A stretch of 60,816 nt of DNA from an uncultured Armatimonadia bacterium. GTDB lineage: Bacteria; Armatimonadota; Zipacnadia; UBA1398. The position numbers were made by a program, and so were the translations under genes. Numbering within the stretch: position 1 is the stretch's first letter; each line of letters opens with the position of its first letter. The stretch is from positions 1 through 60,816 of the forward strand of contig CAZRDB010000004.1 of the NCBI GenBank assembly GCA_964598695.1, in the 5' to 3' direction. Below, piece after piece: positions 48,268 to 57,202 of this stretch. The notes under the pieces were generated by a model. That model did no database searches. It had not been told where the DNA came from and worked only from the letters and a program-made list of their open reading frames with translations.

Positions 48268-49602
48268 ATGGACCGACGCGCATTCCTGCACGCCGCGGTG
48301 GGCTCGACCCTGGCAGCGGGCGCCGCCAGGGCGGACGGCGGCGAGGTCACCTCGACCGCCTCGGAGGCGAGACCGACGAAGGACCGGGTGCGCGTCGGCG
48401 TGATCGGAACCGGGGGCCGCGGTTGCGGTCTCCTCGCGACGGTGCTGGGCGTTCCCGGGGTCGAGGTGCCGGCCGTCTGCGACGTGCTCCCCGACGCGGC
48501 GGCGCGGGCGTCCGCGATCGTCGAGGGCGCCGGGCGGCCCACGCCCCGGGCCTACACCGCCGGCCCCGAGGACTACCGCAACCTTCTCGACCGCGACGAC
48601 CTCGACGCCGTGCTCATCGCCAGCCCCTGGGAGTGGCACACCCCCATGGCCGTCGACGCCATGCGGCGGAAGAAGGTCGCCGGGGTCGAGGTGCCGTGCA
48701 GCCAGACGCTCGAGGAGTGCTGGCAGCTTGTCGAGACGCGCGAGCGCACCGGCGTGCCCTGCATGATGCTCGAGAACTGGAGCTTCCGCCGCGACAACCT
48801 CGCGGTGCTGCGGATGATCCGCGCCGGCCTTCTGGGGCCGATCGTCCACTGCCACTGCGCCCACTCGCACGACTGCATCGACCACTGGTTCTTCGATCCG
48901 GCGGGCAACGACCGCTGGGCCGCCCGCTACCTCGTCGAGCGCAACTGCGACCAGTATCCCACCCACGGCCTGGGGCCGGTGCTCAGTTGGCTCGACATCA
49001 ACGTGGGCGACTCGTTCGACACGATCGCCTCGACGGCGACCGACTCCCGCGGGATCAACGCCTACTTCGCCCGCACCTTCGGGCCCGATCATCCGGGTGC
49101 GAAGCGCAAGTACAGGCAGGGCGACATCGTCACCAGCATCCTGCGGACGAAGCGGGGCAAGACGGTGGTCGTGAACTACGACATGCAGCTCCCGCGGCCG
49201 TACGACAACCGCTGGATGGTCCAGGGTCTGCTCGGGCTGTACGATGAGGACCGGGCGGTGGTCTACCTCACGGGCCATAGCCCGCAGTACCACGAGTGGG
49301 AGCCGTTCGCCCCCTACCAGGAGCAGTACCTGCACCCCTGGTGGAAGGAGATCGAGGGAAACGAGGGCGGCCACGGCGGGACCGACTACCTGGAGCTGCT
49401 CCGCTTCGTCGACGCGGTCCGGGCCGGGACGGAGACGCCGATCGACGTCTACGACTCGGTGACGATGAGCGCCGTCGTCCCGCTGAGCGGCATGTCCATC
49501 GCCCGGAACGGTCAGCCGATCGACTTCCCGGACTTCACCCGCGGCCGGTGGCGTGGCCGCAAGCCCGCCTTCGCCGTCGTCCCCGAGGACGCGCCCGCGT
49601 AA
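48268..49602 (+). CDS. Tat-exported Gfo/Idh/MocA-family NAD-dependent enzyme, GH109-like
   Basis: Twin-arginine signal MDRRAFLHAAVGSTLAAGAARA. Rossmann motif RVGVIGTGGRG. Size and architecture are typical of GH109-type enzymes. Starts 3 nt after araH. Confidence 0.75.
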   Translation: MDRRAFLHAAVGSTLAAGAARADGGEVTSTASEARPTKDRVRVGVIGTGGRGCGLLATVLGVPGVEVPAVCDVLPDAAARASAIVEGAGRPTPRAYTAGPEDYRNLLDRDDLDAVLIASPWEWHTPMAVDAMRRKKVAGVEVPCSQTLEECWQLVETRERTGVPCMMLENWSFRRDNLAVLRMIRAGLLGPIVHCHCAHSHDCIDHWFFDPAGNDRWAARYLVERNCDQYPTHGLGPVLSWLDINVGDSFDTIASTATDSRGINAYFARTFGPDHPGAKRKYRQGDIVTSILRTKRGKTVVVNYDMQLPRPYDNRWMVQGLLGLYDEDRAVVYLTGHSPQYHEWEPFAPYQEQYLHPWWKEIEGNEGGHGGTDYLELLRFVDAVRAGTETPIDVYDSVTMSAVVPLSGMSIARNGQPIDFPDFTRGRWRGRKPAFAVVPEDAPA

Positions 49603-49631
49603 CGGGGCCGCCCACCCGGGTGACCCGAGAG

Positions 49632-51086
49632 TCACGCGGGGGTAGCCCCGACCCCGGCGTAGTCCGCGAGGGCGCGCCCGACGTGTTCCTGCACGTACTC
49701 GTCGACCACCTCGCGCAGCAAGGCGGCCGATTCCGGCCGCTCGCGCTCCAGCCGCTCGAGCATCTCGCAGAGGAACGCGACGTGGGCCGAGACCGCGGCC
49801 TCGCGCAGCCGCGCGTCAAGTCCCTCGGAGCCGGAGACCGGAGCAACGGGAGGCGCCGACGGCGCGGCGGCCGGGGGCCCGTCAGCGGGCAGCGAGAGGG
49901 AGAAGGTCGTGCCGGCCGCCCGCGTCGACTCGAACCAGATGCGCCCTCCCAAGTACCGCTCGGCGATGAGCTTCATCCCGTAGGAGCCCAGACCGTGGCC
50001 GACGCCGGGCTTGGTCGAGAACCCGCGCCGGAAGATCCGCGCCGCGATGGGCTCCGGGATCACGCCGGGGTTGTGCACACGGAAGACAGGCCCCTCCGGG
50101 CCCGCCTCACACCAGATGCGCACGATCGCGCCCGGCTCGGAGGCCTCCAGCGCGTTGCGCACCATGTTGCCCAGCACACGCTCGACGAGCGCGGGATCGG
50201 AGGTGTACGGCAGGCCCCCCGCCGGTAGGTCGACCCAGAGCGTGCGCTCGCGCGCGATCTCCTGCCCGGCGAACAGCGCCCGCAGGTCGGCGAGGGTGTC
50301 GGCGGCGGCGAGCGCGGTCGGATGGACCTCGAGGGCGCCCTCCTCGGCGTAGGAGACCGCCCGGTACTGCGCGATCTGCTCCGAAAGCCGGACCGAGAGC
50401 GCCAGGATCCGCTCGGCCGGCCCATCCGGCTGGCTCAGGGCGAGGACGTCGCTCCAGCCCATGATCGCGCCGACCATGTTCACGAGGTCGTGCAGGAACT
50501 GACGCTCGCCCGCCAGCCGCTGGCGCTGCCGGGTGATGTCGTGGAGGATCACCAGGATGACCGCATGGCCGTGGGCGGTGGTCGGGACCGCGCGGACCCG
50601 GTAGTGGTACACGGTCGGATCGCCGCCGTCGCCGACCTCCATCCGGCATTCGCACGTTGCGGCCTCGCCCGAGGCCTGGGCGCACAGGATCGCCAGCACC
50701 GCGCCGCACCGTTGGCAGGCCTCTCCCGTGCCGCACCCCGCCGGGCCCTCCTCGGCGTGCGCGCAGCCGAACGCCTCCCCAGGCCGCGCGCCAACGAGAC
50801 GGGTCGCGAGGTCGGCGTACAGCGCCTGGAGCACGCCGCCGCTCGCGGCGAGGATCTGGCGCTCGGGCGAGAGGACCAGCACATGGCCGCCCACGGTTTC
50901 CATCAGGGAGCAGACGACGGGGTCCCGCACGACCTCCTCGGCGAGGCGAAGCAGGTCGTCGCGCTCGCGCCGCTCGGCGGGCGCGAACTCGGTTGGCAGC
51001 GAGGCGGCGGGCGAATCGGTCTCTGGCACAGCGGGTCCTCCGACGGGGATCGTGGGGGGCGTGGTGGAGCGACGGCTCACCCTCAC
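49632..51086 (-). CDS. sensor histidine kinase with Cys-rich PAS-like input domain and extra C-terminal helical extension
   Basis: H-box RQFLHDLVNMVGAI, N-box NMVRNALEAS, G-boxes VHNPG and GHGLGSYGMK. The input region contains CAHAEEGPAGCGTGEACQRCG. No TM segments. GTG start. Confidence 0.85.
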   Translation of the reverse strand: MRVSRRSTTPPTIPVGGPAVPETDSPAASLPTEFAPAERRERDDLLRLAEEVVRDPVVCSLMETVGGHVLVLSPERQILAASGGVLQALYADLATRLVGARPGEAFGCAHAEEGPAGCGTGEACQRCGAVLAILCAQASGEAATCECRMEVGDGGDPTVYHYRVRAVPTTAHGHAVILVILHDITRQRQRLAGERQFLHDLVNMVGAIMGWSDVLALSQPDGPAERILALSVRLSEQIAQYRAVSYAEEGALEVHPTALAAADTLADLRALFAGQEIARERTLWVDLPAGGLPYTSDPALVERVLGNMVRNALEASEPGAIVRIWCEAGPEGPVFRVHNPGVIPEPIAARIFRRGFSTKPGVGHGLGSYGMKLIAERYLGGRIWFESTRAAGTTFSLSLPADGPPAAAPSAPPVAPVSGSEGLDARLREAAVSAHVAFLCEMLERLERERPESAALLREVVDEYVQEHVGRALADYAGVGATPA

Positions 51087-51139
51087 GCGGTCACATTCGC
51101 GTCACCGGGGAGCGCTCCTCCGTGCTGGGGCCGCCCGGC

Positions 51140-52303
51140 TCACCCTCCCAGCTCGACCACGCGCTCTCGGTAGTAGAGGTAGTCCTCGTACGGGACCTCC
51201 TCCGGCACGCCGTGGTCGGAGGTCGGGATGTAGCCGCCGCGCGCGCGCATCGGAGGGATGATCCGCTCGAGCATCTCGTCGATCGCGCTCCGGCCGCCCG
51301 CAAGGACGCGTTTGTCGATGCCGCCGAACAGCACGAGGTCGGGGTGCTCGCGGGCGATCTCCACCACGTCGCAGCCCGAGGCGACCTCGAACGGGCTCAT
51401 CGTGGTCATCCCGATCTCCTGGTAGACGGGGATCACGGGGTTCGCGAAGCCGTCGGTGTCGATGTGGATGTACAGCGGCCGCGCCCCATCGATCTGGCGC
51501 GCGCGGACGTTCGCGAGGAGCTGCCGGTAGTACGGGAAGAGGAACTCGCGCATCATGTCCGGCGAGATCAGCGGCCCGTGGTTGTAGCAGATGTCCTCGG
51601 CGAGGAAGACCTCGTCGAGCGTGACGTACTCCTGGTGCCGGGCGATCACCGCATCGGCCAGCTCGAACCAGGCCCGCATGCAGTCGTGGACGAGATCGGG
51701 CTCGTCATGGAAGACGTAGAGCGCGCTCTCCGGCCCCATCAGGCTGCGGAGGTACATGTAGCCCCCGATCAGCCCCTGCGAGATCATCATGCCCTCGGAC
51801 GCGCGCTCGCGCGCCCAGGCCATGCGTCCATCGAGATCGGCGAAGCGGGCCGCGCTGGCGGGATCGAGGCGCCACTTGACGTCCTCCTCCCACGTCTTCC
51901 AGTCCTTTACGGGATGGTCGACGTACTCCGGCATGAAGCCATCGCGCCGACCCTTGAAGTAGAGCACGTGCCGGCCGGCCCAGTCGCGCACCAGCTCGTA
52001 CTCGCCGCGATCCTCGAGCACCTCGACATCGAAGGCGGGGACAAGGGCGGCTTCGCACCAACCGAGCTGGCCCAGCCCGACGCTGCCGGGCGGGTCGTAG
52101 TCGAACAGCTCATGGAGGGGCACATCCTGCGGCATGCCCTGCTCCTTCCACCGCTCGAGGCAGTAGAAGCCGAACTCCCGCTTCACGAGCGGCGCGCCCG
52201 GGGTTCTGGCGTAGGTGTCGCGGAGCTTCCGCGCGCCCTCGGCCATCTTCTCGCGCGGGACCATCGCGTGGATGCCGTCCTGCGGGACCTCCGCTGCCAT
52301 CAC
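51140..52303 (-). CDS. uroporphyrinogen decarboxylase (URO-D)-like family protein of unknown substrate
   Basis: The C-terminal half (IHIDTDGFANPVIPVYQEIGMTTMSPFE...GGIDKRVL...GGYIPTSDHGVPEEVPYEDYLYYRE) resembles URO-D/MtaA-like TIM-barrel proteins seen in sugar clusters. Assignment is from memory only. Confidence 0.6.
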   Translation of the reverse strand: MMAAEVPQDGIHAMVPREKMAEGARKLRDTYARTPGAPLVKREFGFYCLERWKEQGMPQDVPLHELFDYDPPGSVGLGQLGWCEAALVPAFDVEVLEDRGEYELVRDWAGRHVLYFKGRRDGFMPEYVDHPVKDWKTWEEDVKWRLDPASAARFADLDGRMAWARERASEGMMISQGLIGGYMYLRSLMGPESALYVFHDEPDLVHDCMRAWFELADAVIARHQEYVTLDEVFLAEDICYNHGPLISPDMMREFLFPYYRQLLANVRARQIDGARPLYIHIDTDGFANPVIPVYQEIGMTTMSPFEVASGCDVVEIAREHPDLVLFGGIDKRVLAGGRSAIDEMLERIIPPMRARGGYIPTSDHGVPEEVPYEDYLYYRERVVELGG

Positions 52304-55077
52304 TCGTCACCTTCCAGGATCCAGACCTCGCCGATCACGGCGTTCGGCACATTCGCGTCGTTCGAGACGATCACCTCGATCGGCCCCGGAACGACCGCCT
52401 CCGCGGGAACCTCGAGCAACCGCTCCTCCGGCATCTGCCCCTTGCCGCGGAAGCCCGGCAGCACCGCCTTCTCGAGCAGCGGGAAGCGCCGGCCGTCGGC
52501 GGCCACAACCGTCACCGACTCGACCCGGCCGTTCGCGTCCTCATCCCACCACGAGAGGCCCAGCCGGTAGCGCCGCCCGGGGCGAAGGCCCCGGACCTCG
52601 AGCCGGATCGACTCCTCGTGGAAGGCGATTGAGCGGTACCACGGCGCCGCGCCGCCGGAGGCCGGGAAGGTGAAGGGCTTGCCGCGGAGCACCGCCAGCG
52701 TCGGTCCCCGGTCGCCGACCGACTGGGCCGCCGGGCAGTCGAGGTATGCGGCGAGCCTCCAGCCGGGCTCGGTGGCGCTCTCGAGTGCCCGCCGCCGGGG
52801 CGCCGATGGGTCCCACAGAGCCGGGTTGCCCCCCTCGAACGGCCGTCGTCCCTCGGTCCGCGCGGGTCCGCCGTCGAACCGCAGAGCCACGGGCAGAGGC
52901 CTGGCGGTCGCGGCGACGGTCACCGCCGCAACCCCCTCGCCGCCCGAGCCCGTCGTGACCGCCCGGCCGTCGACCGTCGCCTCGACCAGCCCCCAGCCGA
53001 GCGGGACGCGGACGTACACGGTCGTCGGGTCGCCCCCGTTGCCGCGCACGCGCAGCGAGAGGGTCCTCGCCCGCGGGTCCCAGCTCTCGTCGCGAACCTC
53101 GAGCGCCCCCATCGTGAAGTGGCCGCTCGTCGCCAGAAGCTGCGGGCGGTCGAGGGCCTCACGGAGCGCGAAGAGCCGTCCCCCGCCACTCGGGAGCGGC
53201 AGCTCGAGCGTGGGCCCCTCGACCTCGGTGAGTCCCTCGTTCCAGAAGTCCCACAGGAGCCAGCGACGGGGCGCCGTCGCCGGTCGCTCGGTCCACGAGT
53301 CGATCCGGGCGGCGATCTCATCGAGGTTGAGCCGGACCTCCTCGTCGGCGCCGGCCTCGGTGAAGTGGAAGACGCCGAACAGCCGCGTCCGCGCGTCGGG
53401 CTTCAGGCCCCACAGGAGGTACGGTTGGTTCTCCCACAGGTCGAGGGGTCTCCCCGCCACGCCGACGGGCGGGAAGACGCGCTGGTACGTTGCGAGGTCC
53501 TCCGGCGCGAGATCCTCGAGCGTGTCGCCGTAGGTCAGTACCTGGCCCGAGAGTGCCATCCATGTCATCCACGCGCGGTTCCACTCCGTCGAGTGGCCGC
53601 GGCAGACGATCGCGTCGGGGTCGTTGAGCCAGACGCGGTGGTTGAGGAACCAGCGTGTGCCGGACTGGATGTACGAGTACGGCGCGTTCCCGAACGAGTC
53701 CCCGCTGATGCGCAGGCCGTCGCACAGCCCCATGCTCGGGCCGAGGACCGCCCCGCAGCCGAGCCAGTAGACGTCCGGGCCCAGCCCGCGCCGGAAGGCC
53801 TCGAGCCCCGCGCGGTGGCGCTCGAGCTTGGTCATCGTCGGGTCGGCGTGGGCCGGCGGGCCGAAGCCGTTGATCAGGAAGTCGGTCATCACGTACCGGA
53901 AGCCGCGCTCGCGGAGCGACCGCCCGAGTCTCTCGAGGTGGGCCTGGACGCGCGGGTGGCTCGGGTCGAGAAGCCCGCACTGGTTGCCGTAGAACTCGCC
54001 CACGGCCGGGTTGCCCTGCCCGTCGCCGCAGAGCCAGTCAGGGTGACGGGCGAACAGCCGGGAGCGGTCGGAGACCATGAGCAGCGGCAGCCAGATCCCG
54101 GGCTCGACCCCCTCCGCCCGCATCCGGGTGACGAGGTGGCTGAAGCCGAGGGGCAGTGCCTTGGTCTGGTCGTCCCAGTCGCCGTAGGGCATCTCGTCGG
54201 TGTCGTCGACGATCCGCATCCAGCCGGCGCCGCGCGCGGCGAACGCACGCCCGACGAGAGGGATCTCACGCTCGACGCCCCGCTCGAGACCGCCCTTCAC
54301 GCCGTACATCCCGCCGCGAATCCAGCCGGCGTACCAGCTACACCAGGTCGCGAAGTTGTCGAAGCGCGGCGTCGCCCCGTTCGCCTCGGCCGCCAGGTCG
54401 GCGTACCGCTCCAGCTCGGCGAGCGGCTCGGGCGCGGCCGAGAGGAACAGCTCGTCGCTCTCTCGCGTCGCGCCGGGCGGCAGGAGGCATCCGTCGCACT
54501 CGCCCCACGCGGTCACCCGCAGAGCGTTGTCCTCGGTCTTGATCGAGAAGCGGTCGACGTTGTGGAGCCCGGTCACGAACCCGGCGGCGAGTGCGGGCGC
54601 CTCGACGGCCACCGTCCAGTAGCTCTGGTCGTAGCTCTGGCCGGGGAGGATCGGGAAGGGCTCCGGGTTCTCCCACGAGTGGAGGCCGTTCGGGAGACAC
54701 CGGCCGAATCGCCCCTCCCCCACTCGCAGCCCGGAGAGCACGATCACGCGGTCGAGCCGGAGATCGCCCGCCGAGCGGTTCGTCAGCGCCAGCCGCACCC
54801 GGACCGCTGACGGACCGGCCGCCACAACGGTCGCGCGCAGGTCGAGCACACCCTCGCCGTCGGTGAAGGCGTACTCCGCGCGGTCCGGCGTGCCGCTCCG
54901 CTCGAGCGCATAGCGTCGGTGGGCGCTGCGCAACTCGGTCCCGTCCACGAGCCGAGCCCCGAACTCGGCCTCGCGCAGCCAGGGCCGTCCGGCCGTGTCG
55001 CGAAGATGGATCGGCGCGGCCGAGGCGGTCGCCCCGAGGGCAAGCGAGAGAAGCAGCAGGCACGATCCGATCCGCAT
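52300..55077 (-). CDS. secreted clan GH-D (GH36/GH27-like) alpha-galactosidase-like protein with large C-terminal beta-rich region
   Basis: ATG 55077 (MRIGSCLLLLSLALGATASA signal) with a GGAAGGGTG RBS. Catalytic-region motifs FRYVMTDF and WLNDPDAIV resemble melibiase-type enzymes. The stop overlaps the URO-D-like start by 4 nt. Confidence 0.7.
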   Translation of the reverse strand: MRIGSCLLLLSLALGATASAAPIHLRDTAGRPWLREAEFGARLVDGTELRSAHRRYALERSGTPDRAEYAFTDGEGVLDLRATVVAAGPSAVRVRLALTNRSAGDLRLDRVIVLSGLRVGEGRFGRCLPNGLHSWENPEPFPILPGQSYDQSYWTVAVEAPALAAGFVTGLHNVDRFSIKTEDNALRVTAWGECDGCLLPPGATRESDELFLSAAPEPLAELERYADLAAEANGATPRFDNFATWCSWYAGWIRGGMYGVKGGLERGVEREIPLVGRAFAARGAGWMRIVDDTDEMPYGDWDDQTKALPLGFSHLVTRMRAEGVEPGIWLPLLMVSDRSRLFARHPDWLCGDGQGNPAVGEFYGNQCGLLDPSHPRVQAHLERLGRSLRERGFRYVMTDFLINGFGPPAHADPTMTKLERHRAGLEAFRRGLGPDVYWLGCGAVLGPSMGLCDGLRISGDSFGNAPYSYIQSGTRWFLNHRVWLNDPDAIVCRGHSTEWNRAWMTWMALSGQVLTYGDTLEDLAPEDLATYQRVFPPVGVAGRPLDLWENQPYLLWGLKPDARTRLFGVFHFTEAGADEEVRLNLDEIAARIDSWTERPATAPRRWLLWDFWNEGLTEVEGPTLELPLPSGGGRLFALREALDRPQLLATSGHFTMGALEVRDESWDPRARTLSLRVRGNGGDPTTVYVRVPLGWGLVEATVDGRAVTTGSGGEGVAAVTVAATARPLPVALRFDGGPARTEGRRPFEGGNPALWDPSAPRRRALESATEPGWRLAAYLDCPAAQSVGDRGPTLAVLRGKPFTFPASGGAAPWYRSIAFHEESIRLEVRGLRPGRRYRLGLSWWDEDANGRVESVTVVAADGRRFPLLEKAVLPGFRGKGQMPEERLLEVPAEAVVPGPIEVIVSNDANVPNAVIGEVWILEGDE

Positions 55078-55190
55078 GGGGCACACCCTTCCGTGGGGAG
55101 TCAGGTCGGACGGCTTCGCCGACGGCCCCGCGATCCCTTGCAGGCTCCGTCCCGCGCGGGAGCGAACGCTCGCAGCAAGGAGGCGCCGCC

Positions 55191-56237
55191 ATGCCGAAGG
55201 GTCGTCGACTTCTCTCCCCCTACGAGAGCATCCATGCCTGGATGGCGGAGGACCGCGCTTCGCTCTCGTTCGCGGGCGCCACGCGCGCGGACTGGGAGCG
55301 CTGGGAGCCCCGCTTCCGCGCGCGGTTGACGGAGCTGCTGGGGCCGAGGCCCGACCCGGCCCCCCTCGAGCCCGAGGTCCTCGAGACCGTCGACTGCGGC
55401 GCCTACACGCGGGAGAAGGTCGTCTTCGACGCCGATCGCCATGCGAGCATCGTCGCCTACGTGCTCCTCCCGAAGGGCCTGCAGCCGGGCGAGCGGCGCC
55501 CGGCCGTACTGGCGGCCCACGGCCACGGGCGCGGGAAGGCCGACGTCTGTGGCGTTGCCGAGTCCGAGGACGAGCGCGCCGCCGTCGCGCGAACCAACTA
55601 CGCCTACGCGAGCCAGTTCGCGGAACGCGGCTACGTCGTGATCGCCCCCGACTGGCGCGGCTTCGGGGAGCGATCGAGCCCGGCGGAGTGGGCGCGCCCT
55701 GGCCGAGACCCCTGCAACGTCAACTACATGGCGATGGGCTACGCGGGCTACCACCTGCTCGCGTTGCAGATCTGGGACGGGGCGCGCTGCCTCGACTACC
55801 TCGAGACCCGACGGGAGGTCGACGCGGCGCGTATGGGCGTCGCCGGGCTCTCGTTCGGCGGGACGATGTCGACCTACCTCGGCGCGCTCGAGCCCCGGAT
55901 CCGAGTCGTCTGCATCAGCGGCTACCTGAGCACGGTCGAGGACGCGATCGGCATGAGGGGTCTCGGCAACTTCTGCGGCGCGCAGTACATGCCCGGGCTG
56001 CTGACCATCGGCAACATCCCCGATGTCGCGGGGCTGATCTGCCCGAAGCCGCTGATCGTGGAGATGGGCGAGCGCGACCAGTGCTTCGTCATCGACGACA
56101 TGCGGGCCGCCTACGCGCGCGTGGAGCGCATCTACGGGGCTGCGGGCGTCCCCGAGCGTCTCGCGGCCGACATCCACCCCGGGGAACACCAGTGGAGCGG
56201 CGCGAAGTCGCTCGACTGGTTTGACCGGTGGCTGTAG
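55191..56237 (+). CDS. alpha/beta hydrolase (dienelactone hydrolase / acetyl-esterase-like)
   Basis: AAGGAGG RBS. Nucleophile elbow GLSFGG, and PAVLAAHGHG upstream. Size and layout are typical of DLH-like carbohydrate esterases. Confidence 0.7.
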   Translation: MPKGRRLLSPYESIHAWMAEDRASLSFAGATRADWERWEPRFRARLTELLGPRPDPAPLEPEVLETVDCGAYTREKVVFDADRHASIVAYVLLPKGLQPGERRPAVLAAHGHGRGKADVCGVAESEDERAAVARTNYAYASQFAERGYVVIAPDWRGFGERSSPAEWARPGRDPCNVNYMAMGYAGYHLLALQIWDGARCLDYLETRREVDAARMGVAGLSFGGTMSTYLGALEPRIRVVCISGYLSTVEDAIGMRGLGNFCGAQYMPGLLTIGNIPDVAGLICPKPLIVEMGERDQCFVIDDMRAAYARVERIYGAAGVPERLAADIHPGEHQWSGAKSLDWFDRWL

Positions 56238-56338
56238 GGGTCCTCCCGGCGGATCAGCGCTGGGCGTCGTTCCGGGGACCCATCTCGCCTCCCTGCAGCG
56301 GCTGATCGCCTCTCACCAAGGCATCGCGAGCCGTGGCT

Positions 56339-56378
56339 CCCCCTCTCCTCGCGTCCGCAGGACGGCAGGGAGAGGGGG
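56339..56378. terminator. GC-rich hairpin between convergent genes (terminator candidate)
   Basis: CCCCCTCTCC (56339..56348) pairs with GGAGAGGGGG (56369..56378), with an inner GTCC/GGAC pairing. It lies in the 200-nt gap between the hydrolase and hisG stops. Confidence 0.45.
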
Positions 56379-56437
56379 CTGGGGGGTGAGGCAGGCTCGT
56401 CGGCCGCAGGCCTGAGCCCGCAGCCTCGGTCTACGCC

Positions 56438-57202
56438 TTACCGCAGGTGCGCACCGAGCGGGCTCGGTCCATCCTCATGGGGGACGGCCGCCGCCTGCTG
56501 GAACAGCGACTCCAGCTCGGCGATGAGCGGCGCCTTGGCGCGGTCATGGAGGCTGCCGCGGTTCGCGATCAGGCGGGCTGTGGAGCCGGTAAGCACGTTG
56601 CCGATGATCTTGAGGTTGTTCGCGCGGAGCGTCGAGCCCGTCGCGGTGTTGTCGACGACGGCCTCGGCGTCCTCCGGCGGCTTGCCCTCGGTCGCGCCGA
56701 AGGAGAGCAGCAGGACGACGTTGCTGTAGCGCTGGCGGCGGACGGAGTACCAGGGGGTGATGATGGTGGGCTCGACGCCGGTGGAGCGCAGGATGACATC
56801 CTGGGTGAGGTTGATGTACTCGGTCGAGATGCGGATCTCCTGCTCCAGCGCGAGGAGATCGTCGATCGAGTCGACGCCCTCCCACGTGTTGGGGACCGCG
56901 CAGACGATGTCGACGCGACCGTACCGGCAGTCGAGCAGCACCTCGGCCTCATCGCCCGAGCGCGTCTCGAGCAGCCAGTCGAGGCCGGAGATGCCGACAT
57001 CGTAGTAGCCCTGGCTGACGTACATCGGGATCTCCTGCGGCCGGAGGACCTTCACCTCGAGCCAGGGGAGATCGACCTTCGGCCGGTAGTCGCGTCCCTC
57101 GAGGTAGCCCTGAGGGACGATCCCCGCGCCGGCAAGGAAGTTGGCGGTGTCCTTCGCGAGACTCCCCTTCGGAAGCGCGAGACGGATCTTCTCTCCACTC
57201 AT
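56438..57202 (-). CDS. hisG: ATP phosphoribosyltransferase catalytic subunit
   Basis: N-terminus IRLALPKGSL and the motif VVDNTATGSTLRANNLKI are typical of HisG. The start overlaps the hisZ stop (ATGA). Confidence 0.85.
   Translation of the reverse strand: MSGEKIRLALPKGSLAKDTANFLAGAGIVPQGYLEGRDYRPKVDLPWLEVKVLRPQEIPMYVSQGYYDVGISGLDWLLETRSGDEAEVLLDCRYGRVDIVCAVPNTWEGVDSIDDLLALEQEIRISTEYINLTQDVILRSTGVEPTIITPWYSVRRQRYSNVVLLLSFGATEGKPPEDAEAVVDNTATGSTLRANNLKIIGNVLTGSTARLIANRGSLHDRAKAPLIAELESLFQQAAAVPHEDGPSPLGAHLR

Noticed and set aside
56221-56415. A 64-aa ORF in the 200-nt gap between the hydrolase gene and hisG.
   Set aside because: It overlaps the upstream gene's end and the terminator hairpin, has no RBS and has Arg/Gly-rich composition. 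Probably noncoding.
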